From Octopus sinensis (Eukaryota): a DNA stretch of 64,000 nucleotides. Under the pieces are notes generated by a model, which was not told where the DNA came from, made no database searches, and saw only the letters and a program-made list of their open reading frames with translations. Made by a program: the position numbers and the translations under genes. Of this stretch, positions 1 to 12,514 are shown one piece after another (position 1 is the first letter of the stretch; the number at the start of each line of letters is the position of its first letter). The DNA is taken from positions 56,792,001 to 56,856,000 of the forward strand of contig NC_043010.1 in assembly GCF_006345805.1 (NCBI RefSeq), read 5' to 3'.

Positions 1-1439
1 CTTGTGGCAAATAAAAATGTTACTTGGACTGAGTTCAATGGAAACATAAGCTGTTAACTGATAACATTTACTTTCATTTTGTAAATTATTGCCAGATATT
101 ACATCTAACATGAAATAATGTACCAGTAATTGACTGGACTGATTCAATCAACAAGTTCCTCTCTAACAATTAGTCTTGTGTCTTGCAAAGAAATGAAGAC
201 ATGTTCGTGGAATATTTTAGTTAAATTTGTTGAAGAAATGAATTCTTGTATCACATTTTGTATTGACTGAGTTCAATTCTTATCAGATTTTCCGTCATAA
301 ATATTTTGTATTTAGTAGATCAATTAATTGTCACAACTAACATTTTTCAAATTCATAACTGCAATAAGTACAATGGAATTGTTTTAAATGTTGTTCTCAG
401 AATAGTTTAGTCAAATGTTATAAGGGAATTGGCCCACGTTTTAATATGGAGTGGTGCATGTAGGAGAAGCCACATGGGTTCATGTAATCCATAGATAGTG
501 AAAGGGGATACAAATGAAATTAGTTGTAATGTTCACTTTAAGCTAACTAAATAATTTAACAGTCACAAGTTACTGAAATACATTTGTGGACCCTTTAATC
601 TCAATAAAACGAGGGCAGCATATTGCTCTTTTTTGTTTCAGTGAGGACCACTTATATAAGTTGGTTGGTCCTAACAGTTGCAGTAGCAAGAGTTGGGAAT
701 CTCTCTTCAAAAGACATTGTAAAAGTAATCTTATCTTCATTAAAAGGGGAAATAGTTGATAAGAAAATGTGTTTGGTGTAGTTGATATGTCAGTGGCTAC
801 CTAGCACATACAGGTGTGAAGCAGGTATGGCCTATGTAACCCTGAGTGTTTGCCAGCTTGTGTTGTGATGGTACCACAGCCATCTGTGTCAGGAACAACA
901 ACAACAACAGCAGCAGCAGCAGCAGTAGTAGCAGCAAACAACTGCATGTATGCGCTTGTTGGTGTTAGCAGTGTTATTGTTAGTTGCTTTGTGGACATAG
1001 CAGAGAGAGAGAGAGAGAGAGAAACATTGTGACACTTTATGTACACTGCACTAAGTGTAGTAGTAGTATTAGTAGTAGTAGTGGTAGTAGTAGTAGTGGT
1101 AGTGGTGGTGGTGGCATTTCTAGGATTGGCAATAATGCTCTAGCAAAGTTATGATGTGTCACAATAACTGCAGATATGGTTTACAACTGGCAGAATTCTA
1201 CATCTGCTACTACTGGAACTACTGACAAGTTTTTTTTTTTTTTTCAGTTCTCATTGCTTATAGTGTTTGTGTGTGTGTGTGTGTGTGTGCTACAAACACT
1301 AGCTCTACTATTACTACTACTATTGGCTGTAGTCTAACTACTGCTTCCATCAGAGCCAGCACTAGTATTTATTGCCTTTAGTATATTACTGTGTCTGCTG
1401 TAAGTGTTTATATGTGAAACTGTCAGTGTGTAGCAATAA

Positions 1440-3068
1440 TAAGAACAGCAGCAGCAGAAACGAAGTATTCATCATACACACGCCTACTAGATTCAAGCGA
1501 AATGAGCGAAGATTTCAGATGAGGCCTTTGTTTATATCTCCTTCTTACTGGCTCTTCTATTGCCTTGGTGTGCAGGTAGCTTGCCAAGTAGAATGTATGA
1601 TTGCCAGAGGAGAGAATGACGACGGACCAGCAGCTCACAGACCTCACTGACATTTACTACCACCACAACACAACTAGAAGATTGGCTCTCAGCTACAGCC
1701 ATTTGTTGACCTAATAGCTTTATTCAGTGTCCTGGACACATTGCATTTACTGTACACTGAATCATTGACCTGACCTGACCTCACTTTATACAACAAGCTA
1801 CATGTTTTCTGCATGCAACAAGACATATACCATACAGATATATATATTTACACACACAGACACGCGCGCGGACACATACACACGCACGCGCGCGTACACA
1901 CACATACACACACTCACACATATGCACATATACAAAATGCGAGCTTGATTTCCTCCAATTTGATATCGAATCAGTATTAGAAGTAAGCCAAGTACATTGT
2001 GATATAATTGTGATGTGACCTGTCCTACTTTCACCTGACATAAAAAGCATATTATAACTTGCTACATGTTATGCAACAGCTATAAAAAAAAGTCTTGGGA
2101 CATTTGACCTGATCTGACCTAACAATGCAGCAAATTATAAGTAAATTAAACACAGCAACGTAGCAATTTATAGCACATTGTTATATTTAACCGAAGGCAG
2201 GGTAAAAAGAGCGAGAGAGAGGGAGAGAGAGTGTGTGTGTGTGCGCGCGCGAGCTGTAAAGATATGTGACCTGACTCGACCTGACCTAAAAATGCAATAC
2301 TTTATGTTGTACCAACACCTTTGTAACATGCACTGACAAGCAATATACCATCCACACGCATCTAATATTACAAACTAACAAGTCAATTATTGCTGTAAGC
2401 TGTACAAAATCTTGGAGACCAACAGAAGGGTGCCAATGAAAATAACTGGTAGGCATTGATTTTTCATTTTATTCCATTAACTACTGTTTTCTTCATTGTA
2501 CAGCTTTTCTCTCTTCTTCATCTGCCGCCTCTCTCTCTTCAACATACATTTTCTTGCACACACTTGCATTTGTTTCTATCTATCTGTATGTATGTATTAT
2601 GATGTATATATGTGTATGTATTATAAACATACATGCTTATTTTAGAGAATGCACATCACGTGTATCGAATGTAGGGAGTTTGACAGAGCTTGGTGTTTGT
2701 TGCACACACACACACACACCATTTCAGTCTTTTCCTCAAAAGTTAGGAAATATTGTAAGTCATCTTTCAATTCCGACAAGAAAGCTACAAGTTTGGGATT
2801 TCACTTGACTCAAATATATTGTTACTTTTTCTCACTACCCACCTCTCTCTCCTCTCTCTCTCTCTCGTATGTGTGTGTGTGTGTGTGTTATGTAAAACTG
2901 CTTCCTGTTCTTCCGAGTTCATTGCTACTTACCTTTCCACATGAGATTACGCTGATATTCAATGTTATTACACAGCAATTGGCAAATAGTTGTGTGGAAC
3001 AATATTTCATGTCTGACAAAACAGTGTCTTGCTTCATAGTTATTTTTAAATTGCCAGCTGTAGATAAA

Positions 3069-3106
<38 letters not shown>

Positions 3107-4800
3107 CTAGGTGGGATATTGGCAGGGCAAGTATTAGAACTAGTTTTGTATGATTTCAATACTGTAAAGTTTAAGACCTTTCCAGCAGTCGACTATGCAT
3201 ATATACATGTGCGTGTGTGTGTAAATGGACAGGTAAGGTGTTAGATACCAGTTGTAGCTTTTAACCTCACCATCATATGAGAATACTGCTGTATGTTGCA
3301 GTTTTCAAACAATATCTGCTGACTACAAAGCTTTGTTTCACTTGCTCAACAACAGCGATGGTGAAGTTTCAATGTGGCAACTTTTGACAAACAACTTGAA
3401 ATGTTGCTAATGAACAGGAGTCATATGTTATCTTGACTACGTTACGTTAGCAGCAATAATTGTGGATTACACAAGTAGTTGTAGGGCACAGCAACTATTT
3501 CTTTCTACCCCACTCTCTCTCTCTCATATACAACACACACACAGTTGGCTCTTCTGAATAACATATACATACACCAATATATCAATAATTTTTCTAACAT
3601 TTATATTTGGTAACTTCAGTCACTAGATTTGTTCTACATGTAAATACGCATACACGTACGCACACGTGTACAGAGAGGCTGGATTTATGTAAGATATATA
3701 TTGTTAATTTATTTCATTCAATGTGATGTTAAGTGCAATAAACAGCAGAAACTCAGAAATAATCAGTGCAGCTGATAAGAACAGCTCTCTGTTCAGGTGA
3801 CCGTGTGTTCAACTTGTGACATTGCTCATTGTCTGCCCTACTAACCTGTGTATGTCTCTCTCTTTCTCTCATAACCTCTCTCTCTCTCTCCTTCCTAGTA
3901 GTCCTACTGCTTGTTCTAGAGGCTAGCATGACCCAGATAAAATAGCCTACATTTCGGGAGAGACCCCCCTCTCCTCTCCTCCTCTCCTGCTATCGATACA
4001 GATTCCAGCCTTCCTATATTGACACACAGATGTAATTGACGGTATCGCCAGCTATTCATATTTTTTGTTTGTTTATGTATTTCTATATGTTTGTCTCGTT
4101 AATGATGACGTGTGTGGTGGAGTGGTGGAATATATTCAGGGCATGTGGACTGGTGAAAAATTAGGGAGGAGGGCGAGATACTTTCTATTGTCATTCGTAC
4201 CGTTACTGTTAACTAGAGAAGAAAGTGGAGCTTAAAAAAAGAGATGAAAAAAAAAACTAAAAAAAAAAATTAGGGGTGGCTGATTCGATCCTCACCCCCT
4301 CTCTAATAATTAGGTTAAGTAAAAAAAAAAATAATGAGAAGCCGCAAGCTTACAGCTGCTATTATTTAAGTGTCTGTGTGGTATAGTTGGTGTTTGAATG
4401 TTGGCAAACTGTTAATGTGCAGGAGAGAATGTGGAATGAAAGAAAGAACTAGAGCGGACCCTTTACACTACTATTGCAGCAGATGGCTTTCGACAAACAT
4501 TAAATGATGACTTCTTCCTACATGTTTTATCTCGTCGATATTCAGCACATGTAATAATGCTGGGTATATGTGTGTGTGTGTATGTGTGTCCGTCCGTCCA
4601 TGCGCGAGTGCGCGCGGTGCGTGAAGGCAATACACGCGCGCACATGCAGCAGTATTTCTATGAGAAATTTCAAGATGTTTCAAAGTAGGTATAATTTATT
4701 GTAGTGCAGAGAAGGGTAGTAGAGCAACGTGATAGAGATGTGTGATTACATACAATAGAACCAGATAGGTAGCTGAGAGGAGAGAAAGCTATCGCCACAT
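1440..4800. promoter_or_regulatory. Candidate promoter / 5' regulatory region (CpG-retaining, free of recognisable transposons)
   Basis: CpG and CGCG runs are retained at ~1860-1895, 2243-2251 and 3950-4800, whereas old repeats elsewhere show CpG decay. Donor-like sites CAG|GTAAGG (3230-3238) and AA|GTAGGT (4683-4690). No transcript evidence. Confidence 0.3.
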
Positions 4801-5037
4801 TATATTGACAACTTCATACATGCTTTGACGTAACTTTTTTCTACTTTTACCTACTTTGTATGTAGCATATACTATCTTCTCTCTCGTTTTCTTTACACTC
4901 ACGTACATACACAGACACACATATGTAAGTATACACACACCCTTATATAATAATATATATATATATATATATAATATATGTGTACGGATGCATAAATAAG
5001 CATATTTGTAATTATATGTATATATGCTAGTGTTTCT

Positions 5038-5137
5038 NNNNNNNNNNNNNNNNNNNNNNNNNNNNNNNNNNNNNNNNNNNNNNNNNNNNNNNNNNNNNNN
5101 NNNNNNNNNNNNNNNNNNNNNNNNNNNNNNNNNNNNN
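5038..5137. other. Assembly gap (100 N)
   Basis: Run of exactly 100 N, a typical placeholder for a gap of unknown size. Confidence 0.99.
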
Positions 5138-6085
5138 GTTTCACTTCACGGAGGCTTTCTACGCAACTGCTATTTGGTGCATGAGAGACTTCGATGCAGC
5201 TGCCCTCATCTGCCCCGCCTGCCGTGAAGTTGGTTCATCTGGGACACCTGACAGGAAGAGATCCAGCTTCCTTTTAAAGACATCTGTATCCACCCCATGC
5301 AGGTCTCTCAGGTTCTTCGGGAGGATATTGAAGAGCTGTGGGCCTCGGAAGCCCAGGCTATCACAGAATCTTGTCCTACATCTTGATGGCAGGTTTGGAG
5401 TCCTAGGCACCACGCAGTGGCGCCCAGTTCTGGCATTTGCGTAACTCTCGATGCCAAGTTCAGGCACTTCCCTCCAGGATCTTCCAGATGTATATTATGG
5501 CATATCTTTCCCGCCTACGCTCCAGGGAATATAATTTTAATCTCTTGAGTCTTTCCCAGTAGCTTACATTCTGCATAGAGGCTATCTTCTTTGTGTAGCT
5601 TCGTTGGATTGCCTCAAGTTCTGTGATCAACTTGACACTGGATGGTGACCATAGCTGAGAGCAATAGTCAAAGTGGCTTAGGACAAGTGTCTTCCAGAGA
5701 CCATCATGGTTTCTTTTCTCTTGTTCTAAAGGTTCTAAGAATCCATCCAGCCAGCCGTCTACATTTCATTGTCAGTTTAGCAACATGTACATGAAGGTCG
5801 CGTCATCACTCATGTGAATACCCAGGTCACGCACTGATTGTGCCTCTGGGATTGCAATCCCTCGGGTCCAGTGTATTCATTGGGTATTGCATTCAGTTTT
5901 GCATGCTGATAGTATAAAGCTTGAAACTTTCCAGCATTGAACTGCATGCTATTCTTTTCAGCCCACTTGTATATTTCGTCCAGCTCACATTGCAGGTGTT
6001 TAGTGTCCTCAGGGTTCTGTATTACCTGTGAAACTTTTGTATCATCTGCATAACTTGTGATCGTGGCTCTCTGCGTGGCTGAGGG
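5138..6085 (-). mobile_element. CR1/L2-group LINE, 5'-truncated 3' fragment (RT C-terminus)
   Basis: Minus-strand translations SYADDTKV...WAEKNSMQFNAGKFQ, LWKTLVLSHFDYCSQLWSP...LEAIQRSYTKKI...YWERLKRLKLYSLERRRERY and RGPQLFNILP...FKRKLDLFL..VPDEP; frameshifted; ends at the gap. Confidence 0.88.
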
Positions 6086-6152
6086 CATATATATACACAT
6101 ACATACATATATATGTATATATACACATACATACATATATATATATATATAC

Positions 6153-6185
<33 letters not shown>

Positions 6186-6302
6186 CATATACATACATAT
6201 ATACATATATATACACATACATCTATATATATATATACACATACATATATATATATATATACACACATACAGATATATATATATATATATATATATGTAT
6301 AT
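6086..6302. repeat. Compound (TA)n/(TACA)n microsatellite
   Basis: Read directly; source of the spurious YI/CV-rich ORFs. Confidence 0.95.
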
Positions 6303-7461
6303 TCAGGGAGAGAAAGAAAAAGAGAGGAGGTGGGGAGATAAACTTTATCACACACAGACACAAATACATAAAAACAGGCATACACGTGTTCCGTACACAC
6401 ACAGACACCTGTTGTCAGCACTATTTTTAGAAGTGTGTGTTTTGGAACATGCCAGGTACTTAATTTCGATCAGTTCAAATTTATCAGTAAACGTTTTCAA
6501 TAATTCAATATGAGGCTAACTTATATCATTTTTTAAATAATAATTTTTGTTTTATGAACATTTTAGCACCAAACATTCAATGGAATTACTGCAGTTTTCT
6601 TATAGAGTTTCTTTACTCAATTTCAACTTGTTTCAGTTGTTTAATTAATTCTCTATAGTTCCAATGTCTTTGTTTTTTTGGCTTCTCTCCTTATTTAACT
6701 TTCTCTTTCACTTTATTCTGTGGATTATACAACTAAACCAAAAAGACTCTTCTAGAAACACGTATTTTATGTGGTTGTGAAAACTGTTGAAGCTTAAAAA
6801 CCAGGTAGAAATGGATAGAAATACTCAAAGCAGTTAAAATGATTGAGTGTCATTGTAATTAAAAACTTTTGTTTAATGAAAAGCTATTCTTCATTTTGAA
6901 AGGACATAGCTATAAGATGTAGCTGTTGTAAATGTTTTAGATAGGACCAGTTTAGAGCCAATCACTTTTAATATGTATTTTCTGGAAATATTTCTCTTTG
7001 AAGTTCTTTTGAATTTTTTTTTTTTTCCATTTTATAACAAGATTATTTCTGCTTCTCTATAATTTACTGCTTATTGTGTCAGAGACTATGTTGCAAGATG
7101 AAGAGGAAGGTATGACCAATTTATTTCATTTGAAAATAACTCAATATTTCCAATGGTGTGGACATATTGAACTTATAATATTTCTGTTTCCACTGTAATG
7201 GATTCTGTATGTAGTCTGCTCATTTTTGTATTTTCTAATATAATCAAGAACCCTCTTTTTTATGCTCAAGTTTCTTAAGCATAAAGAGAGAAAAAGAGGG
7301 GATGGGGGAGGGTTTTAATCTGATAAGTTATGAAAAATATACATTTTAGTAAATCTGTTGCTGAAACCTTAATCAGTAGCAATCATTGGACAGTTGAAAG
7401 CTGCAATCAATCCAGACAGCAACTCCATATTTATAGAACTGGTTCTACACACACACACACT

Positions 7462-7508
<47 letters not shown>

Positions 7509-7511
<3 letters not shown>

Positions 7512-7789
7512 AAAGATAGTTATTTCCAGTTTATAGGCTTACCCAGAATTTGACATCCATAAAGTGTTTGGCTTTACATATGTCTTGTTAGACCCTAATG
7601 GCTGGTGGCCTATAACCTCTCTTTGAAGTGGAGGGGAACAAAAACTAACCACAAGGCCTTTTCTCCATCCACTTCAAAGAGAGATTATAGGCCACGAACC
7701 ATTAGGGTCTGATGAGACAAGTAAAGCCAAGCACTCTACGGATGCGAAACCCTGGGTAACCCTATGAACTGGCCACAACTATCTTTATC
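7509..7789. mobile_element. Fold-back inverted repeat (~125-bp arms), probably head-to-head Penelope-like termini
   Basis: 7509-~7636 is the reverse complement of ~7662-7789 at roughly 80% identity by eye; each arm contains a hammerhead motif reading outward. Confidence 0.8.
7703..7764 (+). ncRNA. Type I hammerhead ribozyme motif
   Basis: Stem I TAGGGT (7703-08)/ACCCTA (7759-64); core CTGATGA (7709-15); GAAA (7746-49); stem III ACC-ctg-GGT; GTA cleavage triplet (7756-58). Stem II is damaged in this copy. Confidence 0.75.
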
Positions 7790-7852
7790 TAAATACTCTG
7801 CTGCTCTATAACTTAGAATCTGCTCCTCTTTCGGATTTATGATTTACTGATG

Positions 7853-7895
<43 letters not shown>

Positions 7896-7935
7896 ATATA
7901 TATATATAATACACACACACACACACATATATAAA

Positions 7936-7970
<35 letters not shown>

Positions 7971-8012
7971 ATATATTATATATATTATATATATATATAT
8001 ATATACATACAC
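7853..8012. repeat. Compound (CA)n/(TA)n microsatellite
   Basis: Read directly. Confidence 0.95.
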
Positions 8013-8939
8013 AAAACAAGCAGTGGAGCTTAGTTCTGTCAAGCTGTTCAACAGCATGGAAAATGGATGTTAAATGATGATGATGAGGATGATACAGACA
8101 ATAGGTGAGAACTAGATATGTTCCATAGAGAAAACATGTAGTGGTGTTCAAATGAATTTGAACTTGAGTCCCAAATTCTTCATTCAGGGCAAGGTCCACA
8201 GCACCAATAGTAGCTGTAAGAGAAATCCAAGGAAAGCTGATATGGAGGTAGTTGTGCAGATAAACACAATTAGGCTTTACACACAAATAACTAGAGGGTG
8301 ACTAAGAGAGAGAGGGGTAGAAACAGGTGTCTTGCTATAAAGGAGGGGTCATTGGAGGAGGTGATCCAGTGTCAGACAATGAATTGTTAGAGTGTGACAG
8401 AGAAATAGGGAGGTAGAAATAGGTGTCTGGCTACAGAGCAGGTACATGGTTACCCAGTGAGAGAGAGAGAGAGAGCAACCAAAAATGAGGGCAGAAATAG
8501 GTTGTGCTGCTGTAGAGGAGATATGTGGCTACCCAGCCAGAGGGAAGAGCGAGGTAAAGAGAGAGAGAGAGAGTAGGAAACAGGAAAAGTCTAAGAGAGA
8601 GCAAGGGCGTGTATTCACAAGTGCCAGGGTATACTCACAAGTAACAAGGATCAGAGCATAGATGTGATGGTAGAGTAAAGAAAAGAAAAGTATGAAGGTC
8701 GTAATATATGCAGCCAGGTGTTGCCAAGAAGGTGCAAGTAGGAAGTGGGGATTGTAGGAAAGGGGTTTGGGAGACATTGTTCATAGTTTATGAAGAGAAA
8801 ATGTGAGGAAGAGATGTAGCTTGGTTTCTTGGGGTAGGGTGTGTGAAAAGTTTGATGTTAGATGTAGGTGGGACACAACTCTTCTAACCCTCAGTTTTTC
8901 TTACATGGATCTTCTCTAGAACCTCCTATTGCCAAACAG

Positions 8940-9152
8940 CTCAGTCCATTGTCATTGCCTCCATGATCCCGAACATCCTAAGATCAGTCCTCACCACTTC
9001 ATCCCATCTCTTCCTGCATCTCCCTCTTCCACAGGTTCCATCTTTTAGTGACAGACACTTCTTTATACAAATGTCTTCACACATACGCATCACATATCCA
9101 AACGAATGCATTCTCCTCTCCTACATGCTACATTTAATCCCTCTTATGTCTA
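8940..9152 (-). mobile_element. Degraded RTE LINE C-terminal fragment
   Basis: Similar to 13100-13320 (...GIKCSM.ERR...FGYVMRM...GTCGRGR..K.WDEVV region). Confidence 0.65.
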
Positions 9153-9180
9153 ATATACATACATATATATATATATATAT

Positions 9181-9630
9181 CTGTCTGGCAACCGTGTCGG
9201 TGGCACGTAAAAGCACCATCCGTTCGCGTCCGTTGCCAGCCTCGGCTGGCCCCCGTGCCGGTGACACGTAAAAGCACCGTCCGTTTGTGGCCGTTTGCCA
9301 GCTCTGTCTGGCTCCGTGTCGGTGGCACGTAAAAGCACCATCCGTTCGTGTCCGTTGCCAGCATCGCCTGGCCCCGTGCCGGTGACACGTAAAAGCACCA
9401 TCCGTTCGTGGCCGTTCGCCAGCTCTGTCTGGCACCTGTGCAGGTGGCACGTAAAAAACACCCACTACACTCGCGGAGTGGTTGGCGTTAGGAAGGGCAT
9501 CCAGCCGTAGAAACACTGCCAGATCTGACTGGGCCTGACGAAGCCTTCCAGCTTCACAGACCCCAGTTGACCCGTCCAACCCATGCTAGCATGGAAAGCG
9601 GACGCTAAATGATGATGATGATGATGATGA
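9181..9630 (+). mobile_element. Young RTE 3'-UTR/tail fragment with an internal ~60-bp tandem array
   Basis: Ends aagggcatccagccgtagaaac...aacccatgctagcatggaaagcggacgctaaa(tga)n, the same tail as the RTE at 12515; CpG-rich; about 4.5 repeat units at 9181-9460. Confidence 0.85.
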
Positions 9631-10259
9631 TATATATATTAGTCCAACCACTGACTGACTCCACTACCTCATATGTTCTTAAAATTTAAATCTACATCTT
9701 TGTCTGTATATCTACCTTCTCTATAATGTTGCTACTTGATTTGAAAGCTTTTATATTAATGGAAAACCTATTTAATTGGCTGATGAGCACTCAGCATCTT
9801 AAATCTGTTGTAATACTTACAACTTTTAATAAAATGATGTAGTGCGAAACAATTGTACCAAATTACCGGAGTCATTCTTGTTGCTTATTTTTGATTATAA
9901 TCACCCCGAAAATTTTTATGGATAACACCATACAAAATTCTGGTGCATCTAAATTAAGTACTATATTCATTTGAATCTAAATTTTTGCTGAACTTTATAT
10001 ATATATATATATATACACACACACAATATATTTACACAAAGCATAAAAATACAGAATACTAAGAAGAGAATACATAATTTAACTCATTTCTTATATACAG
10101 TGCTTAGATATTAGACAACTCAATTATCATACATCAAGACCCACACTCCTACCCTGTCACCCCTACTGAATCAACTCTTGTTGCATGTTTTCCATTCTGT
10201 CTGACACCTTAGATCAACTTTCTGGTACTTAGTTTAATTATTATTATTTGTTGGGTTAA

Positions 10260-12289
10260 CCCCATGACAATGTTTTTTTTCTATCAAGCAACTAGGTTGC
10301 ATTGATGGTAATAATCTCGGCTGAGACCAGCAAATTAGTGCACAACAGTGGTTTGGCATATATTTACATCAACTGCTTTAACCAGTTTACGGCAGTGATT
10401 CATTTGGTTGCCTGTCGAGTGAGGTCAGCACTCAGTGTGAGATAATGTTTTTGGTGTATGTTTACGTCAAGTGCTTTAGTGCAAGTACTGTTTATTTACC
10501 TAAACTATATCCCTGTGCAAGACGCTCATGCGCTATTATTCCTGAATAAGATCACTCGACAGCACAAGTCAGATCAACTTCATGTATTTATAATCATGTG
10601 AATTCAAAAATTGACTTAAGTATGGTCGAGTTCAAAACAGGGTAGCATACACAGTGGCATACCACATTGTGAACAATGATATCTACTTTCCTTATGTTTC
10701 CCTTTTGCTTTACATACTGTGCATCTCTTTGAAGCATTTGTCTTCTTGGCACTGTGGGGAAACAGTTGTGGAAAATGTCCACATCCCTTCACCATGTGGT
10801 GAGGAGAGAATCTGGTGTGGGGATGTTCACATATTCTGTACTTTGGCAGGTCTGATGCTTCTATCATTTCATGGGACAATAGATTCTTGAATGTCAATCT
10901 ATCCCCCACACTGCCAAATCAAATGTGAGTTCATGAAAATACATGTCAACTATATACAAGAAAATTTTTTTGTACCATTTCACAAATTTTCTCACCGATT
11001 TGTGTGTTGTCACCAGCTGATCTGAGCGATTGACTCTGCCTGCCCCTTCATTGTATGAAACAATTACACTTGGTTTCATTATGGCATTACCAACCACATC
11101 TTGTTTCCTTGTATCCTTCATGCTTGCAGAATGCATTGTAGATAACATGCAGACGTTTTTCTTGTCATGCTATACTAGAGCAAGAATGCCACTATCAGTG
11201 CATCGGTACACTGTTTCCCCTTTTTGAAGATGTATCTTGTGAAGATTGGGCAGCATGTTTTTCCTGTGCGTCCTCACAATCCCACGGGCATTAGTCTTCC
11301 TCACCTGCAGCTGCAGAAAGAGGTCTGAACTGAAAAACCAGATGTCCATATTAATTTTGTAGCCTTTGTCAAACAAGTTTCCATTCAGTGACAACATGAC
11401 ATCAGTCGATGCTAGAGTAGGCACTAGAAGATCCAATCTGTCCTGACCAGTGTAGATTTTGTAATTTTATATGTATCCACAGGTTCTGCCAGTTGACTGG
11501 CAGACTTTATAAACTTTGACTCCAAAGCGGGTTGGGTTGTATTGTTTGAATCAGAGCCTTCTCTTTAATTTTTGCAAATGTCCTGTGTGGGGACATACAC
11601 TGTTCTGAAATTTTCAGCCACTTCGTCAATGATAGGATGTATTTTGTGCAGCCTGTCATACTGGTTCTCACCTGAGTTGAAATGTAGATTTCGAAGAAGC
11701 ACCAAAAATCAATCATGTGGCACCATTTCCAAAAACAAAGGTGTTGACGTGGCTGGATCCTGATTCCAATATGATGCCAGGGTCGGTTTCTTCATGACGC
11801 CCATCAGTACCAGCAGGGCAAGCAGAACTTTGATTTTGTTCCCTTTGGTTGGAAACTAATCACCGCTATGACTGGATTTGACATACTGGGAATAGTTTTC
11901 AGCATAGTAATTTGTTTTGTCTGCTATATATTGGAATATTTCATCTGTCAAAAACTCTTGGGAGATTTCCAATGGCGAACTTCCATATTCAGGGTTTGCC
12001 TTTATGCCAGGCGTACCATAAACGCAATGATCATAAATTCGACACAGAGCTGAAGTGGTAGGACGTGACGACCATAAATTCAACAAAACAAGATGTGGTA
12101 ATGAAGATAACACGGCCAGATTGGCAGGACCAGCCTGTTGGGTTGTAAATATTTACAGGAAACATCTAATCAACCTATCAGTTGTCTAACTCAGGTGACA
12201 GGTTCTAAGTCAGGTGGTGTATAATTACGTCGACTGAGTTAAAGCATATACATTGCATGCATAGATTAATGCCAACCGTTTTAAAAGGG
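10260..12289 (-). mobile_element. Decayed piggyBac (PGBD4-like) DNA transposon with both ends
   Basis: TTAA at 10256-59 and 12290-93 flank CCC.../...GGG ends. Fragments GYKINMDIWFFS, KPSVIVSYNEGAGRVNRSDQL..., KWYKKIF and the C-terminal Cys-rich KRCTVCK...SRYHCSQCGMPLCMLPCF; many frameshifts and stops. Confidence 0.9.
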
Positions 12290-12514
12290 TTAACATAATA
12301 ATTAGGGTATCAATACAGCCCAGACGATGGATACCCAAAAACAAGGAATCACTATTTAGTCTCGGCATGAAATTAAGTTTATGAGGATTTTTTTGCATCA
12401 TAGATTGAGCTTTGAACTCAGTAGTTTCATAATTATTTAACGAATCAGCGACATTCACTTAAATCCCTTTCCAAAGATGTAGATGACTATTTATTGAAAT
12501 GTTGAGAAATATGT

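Noticed and set aside
4440-4565. Open frame ...AADGFRQTLNDDFFLHVLSRRYSAHVIML as a possible coding exon
   Set aside because: In-frame TGA just upstream, no good acceptor in frame, weak donor and no recognisable domain.
9181-9460. Regularly spaced repeats superficially like a CRISPR array
   Set aside because: The inter-repeat sequence is itself repeated, there are no cas genes, and the context is a eukaryotic LINE 3' UTR.
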